A stretch of 64,000 bases of DNA from the human T2T-CHM13v2.0 reference genome, Homo sapiens. This document shows positions 17,796-31,420 of this stretch, one piece after another. The stretch lies in assembly GCF_009914755.1 (NCBI RefSeq), contig NC_060931.1; one strand, given 5' to 3'. The notes beneath the pieces were generated by a model that searched no databases, was not told where the DNA came from, and saw only the letters and a list, made by a program, of their open reading frames with translations. The stretch's first letter is position 1; each line of letters begins with the position of its first letter. Both the position numbers and the translations under genes were made by a program.

Positions 17796-18828
17796 TAACG
17801 GAGGACAGGTGAGCCCAAAATTGGGGCTTAGCCTGGGAGGGTTCTTGGCTTTGCCCAGGAAAGAATTCAAGGGCAAGCCAGGGGTGTGAGACAGCAACTT
17901 TTTTTTCTAATAGTCACAGAATATCTATTTATTTACTTATTCATTTTATTTTTTTTCCAACTGTTACCTTGTTTTTTTTCCAAGTTTTATCTTAAGTTCA
18001 GAGGTACATGTGCAGGATGTGCAGGTTTGTTACACAGGTAAATGTGTACCATGGTGGTTTTCTGCACAGACCATCCCATCACCCAGGTATTAAGCCCAGA
18101 ATCCATTAGGTATTCTTCCTGATGCTCTTCCTCCTCCCACCCTCCACCCTCTAACAGGCCCCAGTGTTTGTGCGTCCCCATGGGTCCATATGTTCTCATC
18201 ACTTAGCTTCCACTTATAAGTGAGAACATGCAGTATTTGATTTTCAGTTCCTGCGTTTGCCAAGGATAATGGCCTCCAGCTCCATCCATGTCCCTGCAAA
18301 GGACATGAACTCATCATTTTTTATGGCTGCATAGTATTCCATGGTGTATATGTACCACGTTTTCTTTATCCAGTCTATCACTGATGGGCATGTAAGATGA
18401 TTCCATGTCTTTGCTATTGTCAATGGGAGACAGCAACTTTCATTGAAGCAGCAGTGTACAGCAGCAGCAGAGATACTCCTTGTAGAACAGGGCTATTCCC
18501 TAGGCAATGTGTGCAAGGTAGCACCCCAGAAGCAGTGCTGCAGTCATATTTACACCCACTTTTAGTTACAGGCAAATTAAGGACAGTTTATGCAGAAATT
18601 TCTAGAAATAGGGTGGTAACTTCTGGGTGGTTGGGTCAGTGCCATGGAAAGGGGTGATAACTTCTCGGTGTTGCCATGGCAACAGTAAACTGACATGGCA
18701 CATGTGTGGGTGTGTCTTATGGAGAGCTGCTTCCACCCCAGCCCTGTTTTAGCTGGTCCTCAATTTGGTCCAGCTACTTGGACCAAATTGAGCCCCACCT
18801 CCAAAGTTGAGTCCCACCTCCTACCTCA
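17796..18828 (-). mobile_element. ERV1 solo LTR (MER66/LTR19-like), split by an L1
   Basis: Minus strand starts tgaggtaggaggtgggactcaac. The two halves rejoin across the 14-bp TSD gagacagcaacttt. Subfamily is recalled and uncertain. Confidence 0.7.
17902..18426 (-). mobile_element. 5'-truncated L1PA 3' end with an extra 3' segment
   Basis: ttaagttcagaggtacatgtgcaggatgtgcagg... is L1PA 3'UTR. TSD at 17888-17901 and 18427-18440. Confidence 0.9.
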
Positions 18829-19049
18829 ATAATAATAGAAAAGGTTGGTGATCATTTACTTCCATAGCATCCCCTGGGAGAGACCACAAGTCAATTCCTG
18901 CCACTGAGATCCCCTGGACTGCCTAATGCCTGAGTATTCCATGCCTGGTTCTTCAGGGATGTTCTTAATCCTGTGAGTTTCCATCAGTATTCTTAATGCG
19001 ATCTTTATTGACGTTGTTAGCCAGACTTAGTTTCTGTTGCTTGCAACCC

Positions 19050-19650
19050 AAGGATCCTAACTGACAACTCTCCTGTTTGCCAAATTCATCCCATCTTCTC
19101 CATCCTCCCCACCATGGCCTCATCAGCCTTGTCCGGCTTTCAGAGCCAGCTTCCTCCCTGGTATCCATGTTTCTGGTCTTCTCAGTGCCAAATCCATTCA
19201 CCACGAAGTCTCCAGCCACAACTGACCATGCCATCCTAACGGAGAAATGCTGAGTCCCTGGGTCCTGACTAAAGGCCCCCACCATCTATCATTCTGGTCA
19301 CTTCTTTTGTACCTCCCTGTCTCAACCTTTAAGCACCAAGAACTCCAAACTACCAGCTGCTTCCTCATATTCTCCACGTGTTCTAATTTCTCAGACTTTC
19401 CCACCCTTTCCTCTGCACCAGAATACCCATGAAAAGCTAACCACGTCCTAATCATCCTTTAAACTCAGCTCAGACATCACCTCCACCCTTGCCTAGCTAC
19501 CATCCATCTCTGTTCACAAATGTTCAACCCTAACACATGGTCTGGCCTCCCCACTAATCTGTGAATTTTTTGATGACAGGCACTGTGTCAACTTCATCTA
19601 TCTATCCATACCACATAATAGGCACTGAATAAATGTTTGTTGAATGTTAA
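19050..19650 (+). mobile_element. Degraded L2 3' region
   Basis: ctcagctcagacatcacctcc and terminal aataaatgtttgttgaatg. Confidence 0.6.
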
Positions 19651-22600
19651 ATGATTAAAAACTTAATTCACATTGAAAAACCCCAGGTTGGATGCAACAA
19701 TGGTGTTTTCCTTTTCCTCCTTCCGAACCACATTTGGAATTATCCTCAAATTGAGCGTTCTGAGAAATCTGCCAATGTTCTGCTAATCTTGAAGGATGGT
19801 TTCATAGCTTAAGAGTCAGAACTCACACTGTTTTAACGAGCATCAGAGGCTGTTGCTGGTTGCACTGCTTAATGGTTCTCAATCGTGAAAGGACATTTCA
19901 GACACTCTGACTACACCAGCTGAAGTCCCAAGTGAACCTATACCAACATGGGTACAGAAAGGGAATATGCAGAAAAAAAAAAAAAAAAGCTTACCATCAA
20001 TCATCAAACCAGTCTGGGCTCAAACCAGTACAGGCACACGTGACAAAGAAAGGGTTTTGCTGTGGGATTCTCCTTCCACCCCAGACCAACTGCACAGACA
20101 CAGCTCCTCCTGTGCCTCAGTTTCCTCACCAGGAATGAGGAATGAGCTGCTGACCTAGATTCACTCAACGAATATAGGGCACCCACTCTGTGTCTGACTC
20201 TAAACAAGTTACTGCAGGTCAAAGGTTCCCAAAATACTTTTCCTAAGGAAGCAATGTGGAAAGTGCCCCGCACATAGGATCGAAACCCAGCCTGTTAGCC
20301 TCAAACCGTAACTCTGCTTCTGACCTGCAAGCTTCACAGCCCCAGGAAAAGTGATTTCACTTCCCTTTGCATCAGTTTCCAAACACGAAGAATGAGGATG
20401 ACATGAGCTCAAAGGTGTGAAAGGGTCTGGCACACAAGTAGGGTCTCAGAAATCTGAATTAAGAGGGTCTCCGAAGGCTTTAAACGTCCAAAGTCTATCA
20501 ATTGGAATTTCTCTCGTAATGAGAACCAGTGCCCCCTTCTGACAACCAGCAAACACTGCATAGGTGGTCAATACAAGAATGTGGTAAAAGACACCACTGC
20601 ACACACCACAACAGAAGGAAGGACCAGCCACAGATATCCCACCCTGGCTGGTGACCCTCAAGAGACCAGTTTCTATGAAAAAGAAATTTCTAAATGCGAC
20701 CCCAGCCCTGCCCAATATTTATGAACGGATCAGAAGCTACCCACTGGAGAGATAAATGTAAAACTCAACAATGAACAGTTGTCATCCACCCCTCAACCTG
20801 TACCCCCCCTCCCCTTACAGAGGAAAGGGCATCATGTGTGTCAATCAAGTCTTGCCCATCGTTTCTCAACAGAAGCAGCTGAATTAAATTATTTTCGTTC
20901 TAAAAAGCCCTTATCCTGCACCCTAGCCGAAGGCCTGATTACTGGCAATAGTTGCTTTCAGAGTTCAGGGAAAGGTGACATCTTGGTGAACAATTCTAAG
21001 AGGATTTAGCTCTCCTCCAATAAAATATCGTGAGGATTGGATTTCCAAAGAGTTTTGTTTTCATTACTCCACTTGGATACACCCAGTAACCAACTTCACC
21101 ATCGTAGAACAGCTTCTCAGTAAACAGCTTCATGCAGCTATTGCCATGAAAAACCCACACGTCTGCAGTGAACTCAACAAACAGAGCCATTCCACTGGTC
21201 TTCCACCAGGGCAGGCTACTCTGGAAACACAGCTCAGGGCATCCTTGGGGCTTTGGTAGAAGACCCCACCAACTGCCGGGGGAACTAGCAAAGTTATGCA
21301 GTTCCTGGAGCCCTGGAATGAATCCTAAACTGGGCGTGGTGACAGAACCACAAGGCCGAGAGGTCTGAGGTGACACCTGGACATGAGTACAGGTAGCAGA
21401 TAAAAATCAAAACTCCACATTCTTCTTCCAACACCTCCTCCCACCCCACAAAAAATGAAATAAAACCACGAACAAGCCAAGAAGGAGAGCTGGAATGGGG
21501 CTTCTATGAAAAACACGTCCTGTTCTAGCCTCAAGACAATTTCACACCAAATGGCTTTAAATTCCTTTCCAAAGCTCTGATGCCCGAATTGAAAAATAAT
21601 TTCCCTTTTTGAGCAAAAGTCATCAGTTAAAGAAGCAGAACCTGAAAATGCTAGGAGCTCATGAGTTCTATGTGCACGAATGTTGCGTGTGTCTCAACAC
21701 ACACAGCGCAGAAATCTACCCATTCTTTCTGAGAAGGTCATCCCAACTCTGTCGCAGAGGCTACTGTGGGTCACTCTAGAATGTAGTTATTATCACCACT
21801 AAACAGACTTCCCAGCCACACACAGCCGGCGCTAAGCTGCTATTCCCTGAGCCCAAAAAAGTCTCCTTTTTTGCAGAAAACCGGCTCAGGGCCTGGGGAT
21901 GGCTGGCGCCCCAGTCTTGGCACTCAGGGAACTGCAGGCACCGCTTCACCCAGGAGCTAAGGGCTTCGACCCAAATGGAAGAAAGGCGCCTTCCTCACAC
22001 AAGCCTCGTCCAAGAAAAAAGAGCAGTGGGAAACGATGGTGGGCTGGTGGCCCGGGCGCACGTGGCCCAAGGCTAAGACGCAAGCCGATCCCCTCGGTGC
22101 ACGCTCTGTACCCCCAGCCCGTCTGGATGGGGCGTCCCCCGCTCGCCCTCGCCCCAAGGGTGGCCCAGAACTACCTGCTGCTGCCTAGGCGCCCTCGGAC
22201 CAAGTCTCGGGAAGTTCACTCCGCGCTGCGCTAGTCCGGAGAAACTAGGAACCCGAGTAAACCCAGACTGTCCGGGGAAGACGGATCCCACCCCCACCTG
22301 GGCGCCAGACCCATCCAGCTGCTTGGAGCTCAGAGACTAGGTCCCAGCCGGACTGCAGAGGCCTCTCTGGTTACCCCTTGCACCCTGGCGCCCCCGGACT
22401 CGGGGTGGGTGGCGGCGAGGAGCGTGCGCCCAGAAAGGCAAGCAGTCAGCGCTAGGGGCCGGAGGTGGAGAGAACCCTGCCTCCCGCCTCCCCCGATCGC
22501 CATGACTCCGGCTTCGCGAAGAGACCTGGTTGCCGCCGGGCGCTCCCACCTGGGCTGCGGTGCGGCTCCGAGTCCCCTGTCCTCCCTCCCCATCGCCCGG

Positions 22601-22983
22601 GCGCCTGCGGGCGGGGGCGCGCAGCCTGGTGGCCACTGGCGCCTGGGGGCTAGAAGAGCGGCTCCCAGCCTCCAGCCCGCACGGTGCCGGGACAGCCGAG
22701 TCCGCCGCGGCCCTTCCCTAGCCCCACGTCCCCAGGCAGGCGGCCAGGAGCCAGCTCCACGGAAGGCAAGGTGGCCGGCGCGGCCCCCAGCCCGCGGGGT
22801 GGGTGCCCCAGTGTCGGAGCCAACAGGTACGGGAGGCGCTGTCTGCCAACCATCTGCCCACTCTGAGCACCAGGGCCCGCGACAGCCCGGGGGTTTGGAC
22901 ACCCTAGAGAGAAGCGAGGACCGAGGAAAGAAGAAAAGAGAGCGCGCGCGCGGGTAAGCTAGGGAGCCGGCGGCGGCACTCAC

Positions 22984-23200
22984 CTCTTGCTGGGCCGGGG
23001 CTCCGCAGCCCGGCAGCCGAGGCGCCTCCGCACAGCGCGGGGGGCTTCCTCCGAGGCCCGCAGGGAGGGGGCGGTGCGGAATGGATGCGCCGAGCGGGCA
23101 GCGCTCAGCCTCTCGCTCACACCCCCAGCAGGCAGCCGCGTCCCCGTGCCGGCATCCTCGCTGCCGCCGGCTCCCTCGGCGCCCCCGGGCCGCTCCCCAC
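22984..23200 (-). other. Probable non-coding first exon (proximal) of a minus-strand gene; 5' end uncertain
   Basis: Perfect donor GAG|GTGAGT (+ strand actcacctc, 22978-22986) inside the CpG island. No ATG-initiated frame crosses the donor. Confidence 0.7.
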
Positions 23201-23677
23201 GCGCGCGCCGGGACCTGCACGAGCCCCCTCGTCGACTCGGAGCGCGATCTGGGCGCGTGCCTCCCTGTCCTTGTCCTCTGCTCTCGTCTGGGGACGTGTG
23301 CCCCGCACCCCCTGCACCGCGCGCTCCTCTACCCCTCCCGCTCCCGCTGGCCGCGCGGGTTCAGCCCATGTGCGCGGCTGCCTCGCTGCGCCCCGGAGCC
23401 CAGTGGCCGAGGCCCCGCTGGAGTTGCGCGCCCTAGAAACTCCATGCAGCTCCGGCCTCCTCCCCAGCTCCTCCCCAGCGGATCCCCCAGGGCCTTGCCG
23501 CCGCCAGCACCACACTCCTCGCTCTGCCGGCGCCCGCGTTCAGGAGCCGGGCTTCTGGGCTCGCCTTGGCCGCCTGCGCCCCAGCTCCTCCGAGGGTCGG
23601 GGAGCCCCCACCCCCCAACCTCCGCCTCTCCAATGGCTCCCTCGGTTTCCAAGCAGCGCAACCTGAGGAACGCCTCG

Positions 23678-23745
23678 GCGCGCGCGCACTCACACTCGCG
23701 CGCACACACACACACACACGCATGCACATGCACGGCACACACAGG
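23678..23745. repeat. (CG)n/(CA)n alternating purine-pyrimidine tract
   Basis: gcgcgcgcgcactcacactcgcgcgcacacacacacacacacgcatgcacatgcac. Confidence 0.9.
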
Positions 23746-23861
23746 CAGACACGCGGGGGGCGAGCAGGCGCTTGGCAGACGGTGCTCCTTCCTTCCCTTC
23801 CCAAAGAGGCTGCCCACGTTAACTCCGGCAAACTGCTGCTCCTCAGCACAGGACAACTCAC

Positions 23862-23990
23862 CCTAGCGCCCGCCGCCTTCACTACTTCATCCCAGGTGCC
23901 CACACCCTAGATCCACGATTACACCTGAGCCCAGGGGGAAGGCGGGGCGCCGAAGTGGAGGGGCCAATGGCCGAAACTGCGGGGACCAGC
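23862..23990 (-). other. Possible alternative upstream non-coding first exon; 5' end uncertain
   Basis: Donor AGG|GTGAGT (+ strand actcaccct, 23856-23864). GC box and CCAAT about 80-105 bp upstream of the donor. Confidence 0.5.
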
Positions 23991-24746
23991 ATTCCGCGTG
24001 ACCGCCCCTGGAGACGTCCAGGGAGGCACGGCTGCCGCAGGGCATCGCCCACCCACCAGGGATCCCACTCCTCCAGGGCCTGAGAACATGTGGTGTGGCC
24101 CCCACTTCTTCCAAGGTCATAGAATGGATCCGATGGGAAGGAGAGGGCGCTTGGGCAGAGGTGTGAGCTACAAATTCGCAGACTGTCTGCAACCTGCCCA
24201 TGCGCTGACCTCTACTGAGTCTACGCCCAGACAGACCCCTGCCCCAGGTCTCAAGGGCAACGCATGTGCTTGGAGTCAGCAGTCACCTTTCCCAGTCCCC
24301 ACCTGTCTGCCTCCCAAGAACTGACGGAATACACAGTGCAACCAAGGTTTGTCTTGGCAAGAAAAAGAAAGAAAGCAGCAAGGTGGGTCTCAGACTGTCC
24401 CGTAGACAGATTAGACGCTTGCCAGTTCCTTTCTGCTGCCCCCAAGGTTGTGCCAATAAAGAAAGAGCAACAAACCTGGCCAAAGCAGGCTAGTCCTTCC
24501 TTACAGCACCCTCCTCTCCCGGGTCCCCAGTTTCTTGTCCCCTCTTGGTGGCAAAGACTGCTCACCAGCTCAGATGTCTTCAATTCCCAGAACCAGAGAA
24601 AAGATACATGTGAAAAATTTCACACCAATCAGAACAAAAGCAGGCAATGCTGCTCTAAGCCTCTCATGCAAACAACTCAGCAATCACCTCTCCACTGTTT
24701 GGTTCAACTGCCAGGGAAGTTTGGGCGTTTTTGTCAGCCAGCAGCA

Positions 24747-24748
<2 letters not shown>

Positions 24749-24804
<56 letters not shown>
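24749..24804. repeat. (GT)28 microsatellite
   Basis: Perfect dinucleotide run. Confidence 0.97.
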
Positions 24805-24805
<1 letters not shown>

Positions 24806-24924
24806 TCACCTGGGTGTGGTTTCAGAGTCCCTGAGGCACTCATTGTGGGTGCCACGCCTTTAGCATTTAGCATTTCCTAACCTGTATTATTACTATCTTG
24901 TATAGACCCTACTTCCCTAGTAAT

Positions 24925-25635
24925 CTTTTTTAAATATGTTTTTGTTATTTTTATAGGTACATGGTAGGTGTACATATTTATGGGGTACATGAGATGTTTT
25001 GTTACAGGCATGCAATGTGAAATAAGCTCATCATGGAGAACCGGGTAGCATTCCCTCAAACATTCATCCTTTGAGTTACAAACAGTCCAATTACACTCTA
25101 AGTTATTGTAAAATATGAGTTATTGACTATAGTCACTGTGTTGTGCTATCAAATAATAGGTCTTATTCATTCTAACTTGTTTTTTTTTTTTTAACCTATT
25201 AACCATCCCTACCTACCCAACCTCCTCACCCCCCACCCAGCCCCCCTCACCCTTCCCAACCTCTGGTAACCACTGGTAGATTCTCTATGTCCATGAGTTC
25301 AATTGTTTTGATTTTTAGATCCCATAAATAAGTGAAAACATGTGATGTTTGTCTTTCTGTGCCGGGTTTATTTTACTTAACATAATGATCTCCACTTCCA
25401 TCCATGTAGTTACAAATCACTGGATCTCATTCTTTTTTATGGCTGAATAGTGCTCCATTGTGTACATGTCCCACATTTTCTTTATTCATTTGTTGATGGA
25501 CACATGGGTTGCTTCCAAATCTTAACTATTATAAACAGTGCTGCAACAAACATCAGAATGCAGATACCTCTTCGATATACTAATTTCTTTTCTTTGGGGT
25601 ATATACTCAGCAGTGGGATTGCTGGATCATATGCT
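24925..25635 (-). mobile_element. L1MA 3' end
   Basis: atatttatggggtacatgagatg...cagcagtgggattgctggatcat. Confidence 0.88.
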
Positions 25636-25653
25636 CCCTAGCAATCTTATAAC

Positions 25654-26909
25654 TGAGATGTAACAGGTACCACTCTTAAGGACTTGCTGAGTACCCCTCC
25701 CCTACCCCAGCATGAAAACACAGAAAAATCCTGAGTTCCTTCAAAGAAACTCCAGGTACCTAGCTAGCCCTGAGAAGTAAACCAGCAACTTGATAAGCAA
25801 GAAGGTAATTTTAGCTTAAAACAATAGCCAAGGAAGTTAAGAGTCAGGAAATGTTTTTGTTCCCTGTATCAGTCTGTTCTTATGCTGCTAATAAAGACAT
25901 ACCTAAGACTGGGTAATATACAAAGGAAAGAGGTTTAATGGACTCACAGTTCCACATGGCTGGGGAGGCCTCACAGTCATGGCAGAAGGTAAAGGAGAAG
26001 CAAAGGCACATCTTACATGGCAGCAAGCAAGAGAGCTTGTGCAGGGGGAACTCCCATTGATAAAACCATCAGATCTCGTGAGACTTATTCACTATCATGA
26101 GAGCAGTATGGGGGAGACCTGTGCCCATGATTCAATTTCCTCCCAACAGATCCCTCCCACAACACATGGGAATTATGGGAGCTACAAGTCAAGATGAGAT
26201 TTGGGTGGGGACACAGTCAAACCATTCCCTATAGTCTATCATTCCCTATAGAATCTAAACATAACATCTTAGTGTCCTTCAGTTGTTTTTCAGAAACCTG
26301 GACCCCCATTAAACTGATCGACTAGCACATAGACCTTGGATGAGAGGGAACTGAGGACTAAACTCTAACTGTGGTTCTTGTTCTAAATTTCTTCCTGAAG
26401 GGTCTGGAGGAAGCCACACCTACAGGCCAGAGTGAACATTCTTTTCTGCAAACCCCGTATTTTTAGACAAAGCTTTACCTCCTTAACTAATCACAAATCA
26501 GAAAATCTTTGAACTCACTTATGACATTTGTAGAGATGGGATCTCCCTATGTTGCCCAGGCTGGTCTCAAACTCCTGGCCTCAAGTAATCCTCCCACCCC
26601 CACCTTCCAAAGTATTGGGATTACTAGTCCCAATGTGAGCCCATGTGGGCCTCTGCTCCCAGATGTCTGCTTTTTTAAGTCAAACCAAATGTAGAGCTTT
26701 CATGGATTGATTTATGGCTTTGCCTGTAGCCTCTGCCTCCCACCTTTAAAAATCCTTTCCTGTAAGCCAACTGGGTGGTTGGGACTTAAGCATGAGCTGC
26801 CTGATTCCTCTTGGTTGGTGCCCTGCAAATACATGCCTTCCCTTCTCCTGCTGCAAAACCTTGATGCGGATAGCTGGTCTTACTGCACTGGGTGAGCAGC
26901 CCAGTGACA
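25654..26909 (+). mobile_element. ERV1 solo LTR (MER39-like), interrupted by a MaLR LTR and an Alu fragment
   Basis: tg...ca ends and cttaagcatgagctgcctgattcctcttggttggtgccctgcaaata. Subfamily is recalled and uncertain. Confidence 0.6.
25865..26241 (-). mobile_element. THE1/MST-family solo LTR
   Basis: Typical body with 5-bp TSD ttccc on both sides. Confidence 0.9.
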
Positions 26910-26964
26910 TGCTTGAGCCACTGGTTGAGTTTTATGTACCTAGTTCAGAGATGCGCATAGAAGG

Positions 26965-27321
26965 TGATATGGTTTGGCTGTGTCCCCTCCCAAATCACAT
27001 ACTGTATTCCCATAATTCCCACATGTTGTGGGAGGGACCTGGTGGGAGATAATTGAACCATGGGGGCGGTTTCTCCCATTCCATTTTCATGGTAGTGAGT
27101 AAGTCTCACAAGATCTGATGGTTTTATAAGGGGAAACCCCTTTCACTTGGCTCTCTCTCTCTCATCTGCTGCCATGTGAGATGTGTCTGTGCCTTTGGCC
27201 TTCCCCCGTGATTGTGAGGCCTCCCCAGCCATGTGGAACTATGAGTCCATTAAATCTTTCTTTTGTAAATTACCCAGTCTCAGCTATGTCTTTATCAGCA
27301 ATGTGAAAACGAATTCATACA
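26965..27321 (+). mobile_element. THE1-family solo LTR
   Basis: tgatatggtttggctgtgtcccc...tcataca with 5-bp TSD gaagg. Confidence 0.93.
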
Positions 27322-27516
27322 GAAGGTATTATATTTACAGGGGTTTCCACAATGGGTCGCAGGCAGATGAACAGAGTTGACAGGATCTCCATAAGATCTT
27401 TCCCTTTGATCCCTTAGTTTGGATGAATGCTGCATCATCTAACAATCTGTTGCCTCTGTAAGCAATTATTCTGACACTTTCTAGATGACAACCATGTCAC
27501 CAAAGTGCCTTGGTAG

Positions 27517-28130
<614 letters not shown>

Positions 28131-28247
28131 GTTACAAGTGAATAGTCAACACAAACACATATCAAAGACCTTACTTTGGGAGGAAAAAAAAAATCAAGGA
28201 TCTCTTGCCTTAGGACACTAAGCTCAGCGAGCCTCAGAAGTAGAGAA

Positions 28248-28552
28248 GGCTAGGCAGTGGCTCACACCTGTAATACCGATACTTTGGAAGGTCTAGGTGG
28301 GAGGATTACTGGAGGTTGGGAATTTGAGACCAGCCAGCCTGGGCAACATAGGGAGACCCCATCTCTACAAAAAATGATTTGCAAAATTAGCCAGGTGTGG
28401 TAGCATGTGCCTGTAGTCCTAACTACTCAGGAGGCTAAGGCAGAGGATGGTTTGAGCCCAGGAGTTCGAGATTACAGTGAACTGTGGTCACACCACTGCA
28501 CTCCAACTTGGGTGAAAGACCAAGACTTTGTCTCAAAAAAAAAAAAAAAAAA
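28248..28552 (+). mobile_element. AluJ element
   Basis: Diverged dimer with poly-A. Confidence 0.88.
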
Positions 28553-29229
28553 TCAGAAACACAAAGAACTAGAGAAGCTGGATGGCAGACTTCTGCAGTT
28601 TCTTGGTCTTCCCCAGCTATGACCATTTTGAGACCTCCATATTAAGGTGGTTGCAGGTTTACAGGCCCTGGCACTTTTGCTCCAACTTTTATTCAATATA
28701 TGTGGTCAAAATGTGTCAGCTCCTTCCTATGAAAATACCAAAGAAAATCTTTTACCAATTACCGGGATGGAGGCTAAACTCAACATGGAACAAAATGAAC
28801 AGGAAGGACTTCTCCTTATCGTGCATTTGTAGCTGGATTTAGCATAAGTTCTCTCTCTAACCTAGAATAGTACAGCCCTCCAGGAAACAGTGAGGAGTCA
28901 ATTTCAACTTCCTTCTACCACCTGCCTCTAGCTTTGGGATTCAGAGTTACACAAATCAGACACCAAGACAAGTGCTACCTTACCAGTGATAATCCTCCGG
29001 TAAATATCCCCTTCCCTTATCTTTTTTATTTTACCATCAGTAAATATATCTACTTCAAGTGCCCAAGACACCCAAGGGTAGAGGGTGATGAAAAGATTCA
29101 TTGCACTCTGAATAGAAATAGGTAGAAGTAGAAAAAAAAAATCATTCAAAAAATATATGTTGGAAGGTAAAATTTTTCATGTCTTCCATCAAAGTATGGA
29201 ATCCAGGATTCACTAAATTCTTTACAACA

Positions 29230-30635
<1,406 letters not shown>

Positions 30636-30824
30636 TTAAATTTACTAAATTAGAAAAATGTCAAAAAATATGTTGTAAAGTGAAAAAAGTTAATGGCAAA
30701 ATAACATGTATGGTGCCACTTTTGAAAAAGAAAACTTTGTATATGGGATCCGTGTACACATATGTGCACAGAATATAATTCCAATGCTTTCTGTTAACTA
30801 ACTCTGGAGAACAAGTATTGAGGG

Positions 30825-31420
30825 GATAAATATATATATATATTTATTTATATATTCTATTTATATGTAAATATATATTTATGTATTTTATGTATATATA
30901 AATTTAAATATATATTTATATTTTTTTATTTATATAAATATATATTTTATTTATGTATATAATTATTTACATTTTTATTTATATATGCTTATTATATAAA
31001 TGGCTTTTTATAAATGGAATATAAATGGCTTTTTGCTTTTTCGAAAAAATTTTCAAAACGTATATTAACCAGCCAAAAAAATGAAATCCAGGTTAAATAT
31101 TATACATTAAAAAATATAAGTATATATAGCATATATTTATATAACACATAAATATATAAATAGCATATATTTATATCATATATAAATGTATATGTGAACA
31201 TATATTTATTCATATATGAATTATTTTATGTGGTATTTATATTTATATATAAATATTTATAAAAATAATGATATATAATACATTATATATGTACAATATA
31301 ATGGCACATGTTATATATTATATCGTATGTACTGTTATATTCATGCATGTTATGTATAATTATACATGTTATATAATTATGTTATACGAAATTACATAAT
31401 ATATGTATTAGATACTATTA
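30825..31420. repeat. AT-rich / (TA)n low-complexity block
   Basis: About 600 bp dominated by tata motifs. Confidence 0.93.

Larger units (their letters stand above)
21880..24060. promoter_or_regulatory. CpG island promoter
   Basis: Very high GC and CpG density, repeat-free. GC boxes (ggcggggcg at 23941), CCAAT at 23630 and 23964, two consensus splice donors. Confidence 0.95.

Noticed and set aside
22330-23220. 296-aa minus-strand ORF and the other long overlapping ORFs in the CpG island
   Set aside because: It starts at GTG, is Ala/Arg/Gly/Pro-biased, runs through a consensus splice donor, and long ORFs occur in several frames on both strands. This is expected from stop-codon scarcity in GC-rich DNA.
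23841-23860. REST/RE1-like tcagcacaggacaac
   Set aside because: Half-site spacing and the right half deviate from the RE1 consensus.
22984-23990. Assigning a gene symbol to the promoter
   Set aside because: The exons are non-coding and I do not reliably recognise the 5'UTR. Several large minus-strand genes share this architecture, so a BLAT search is needed.
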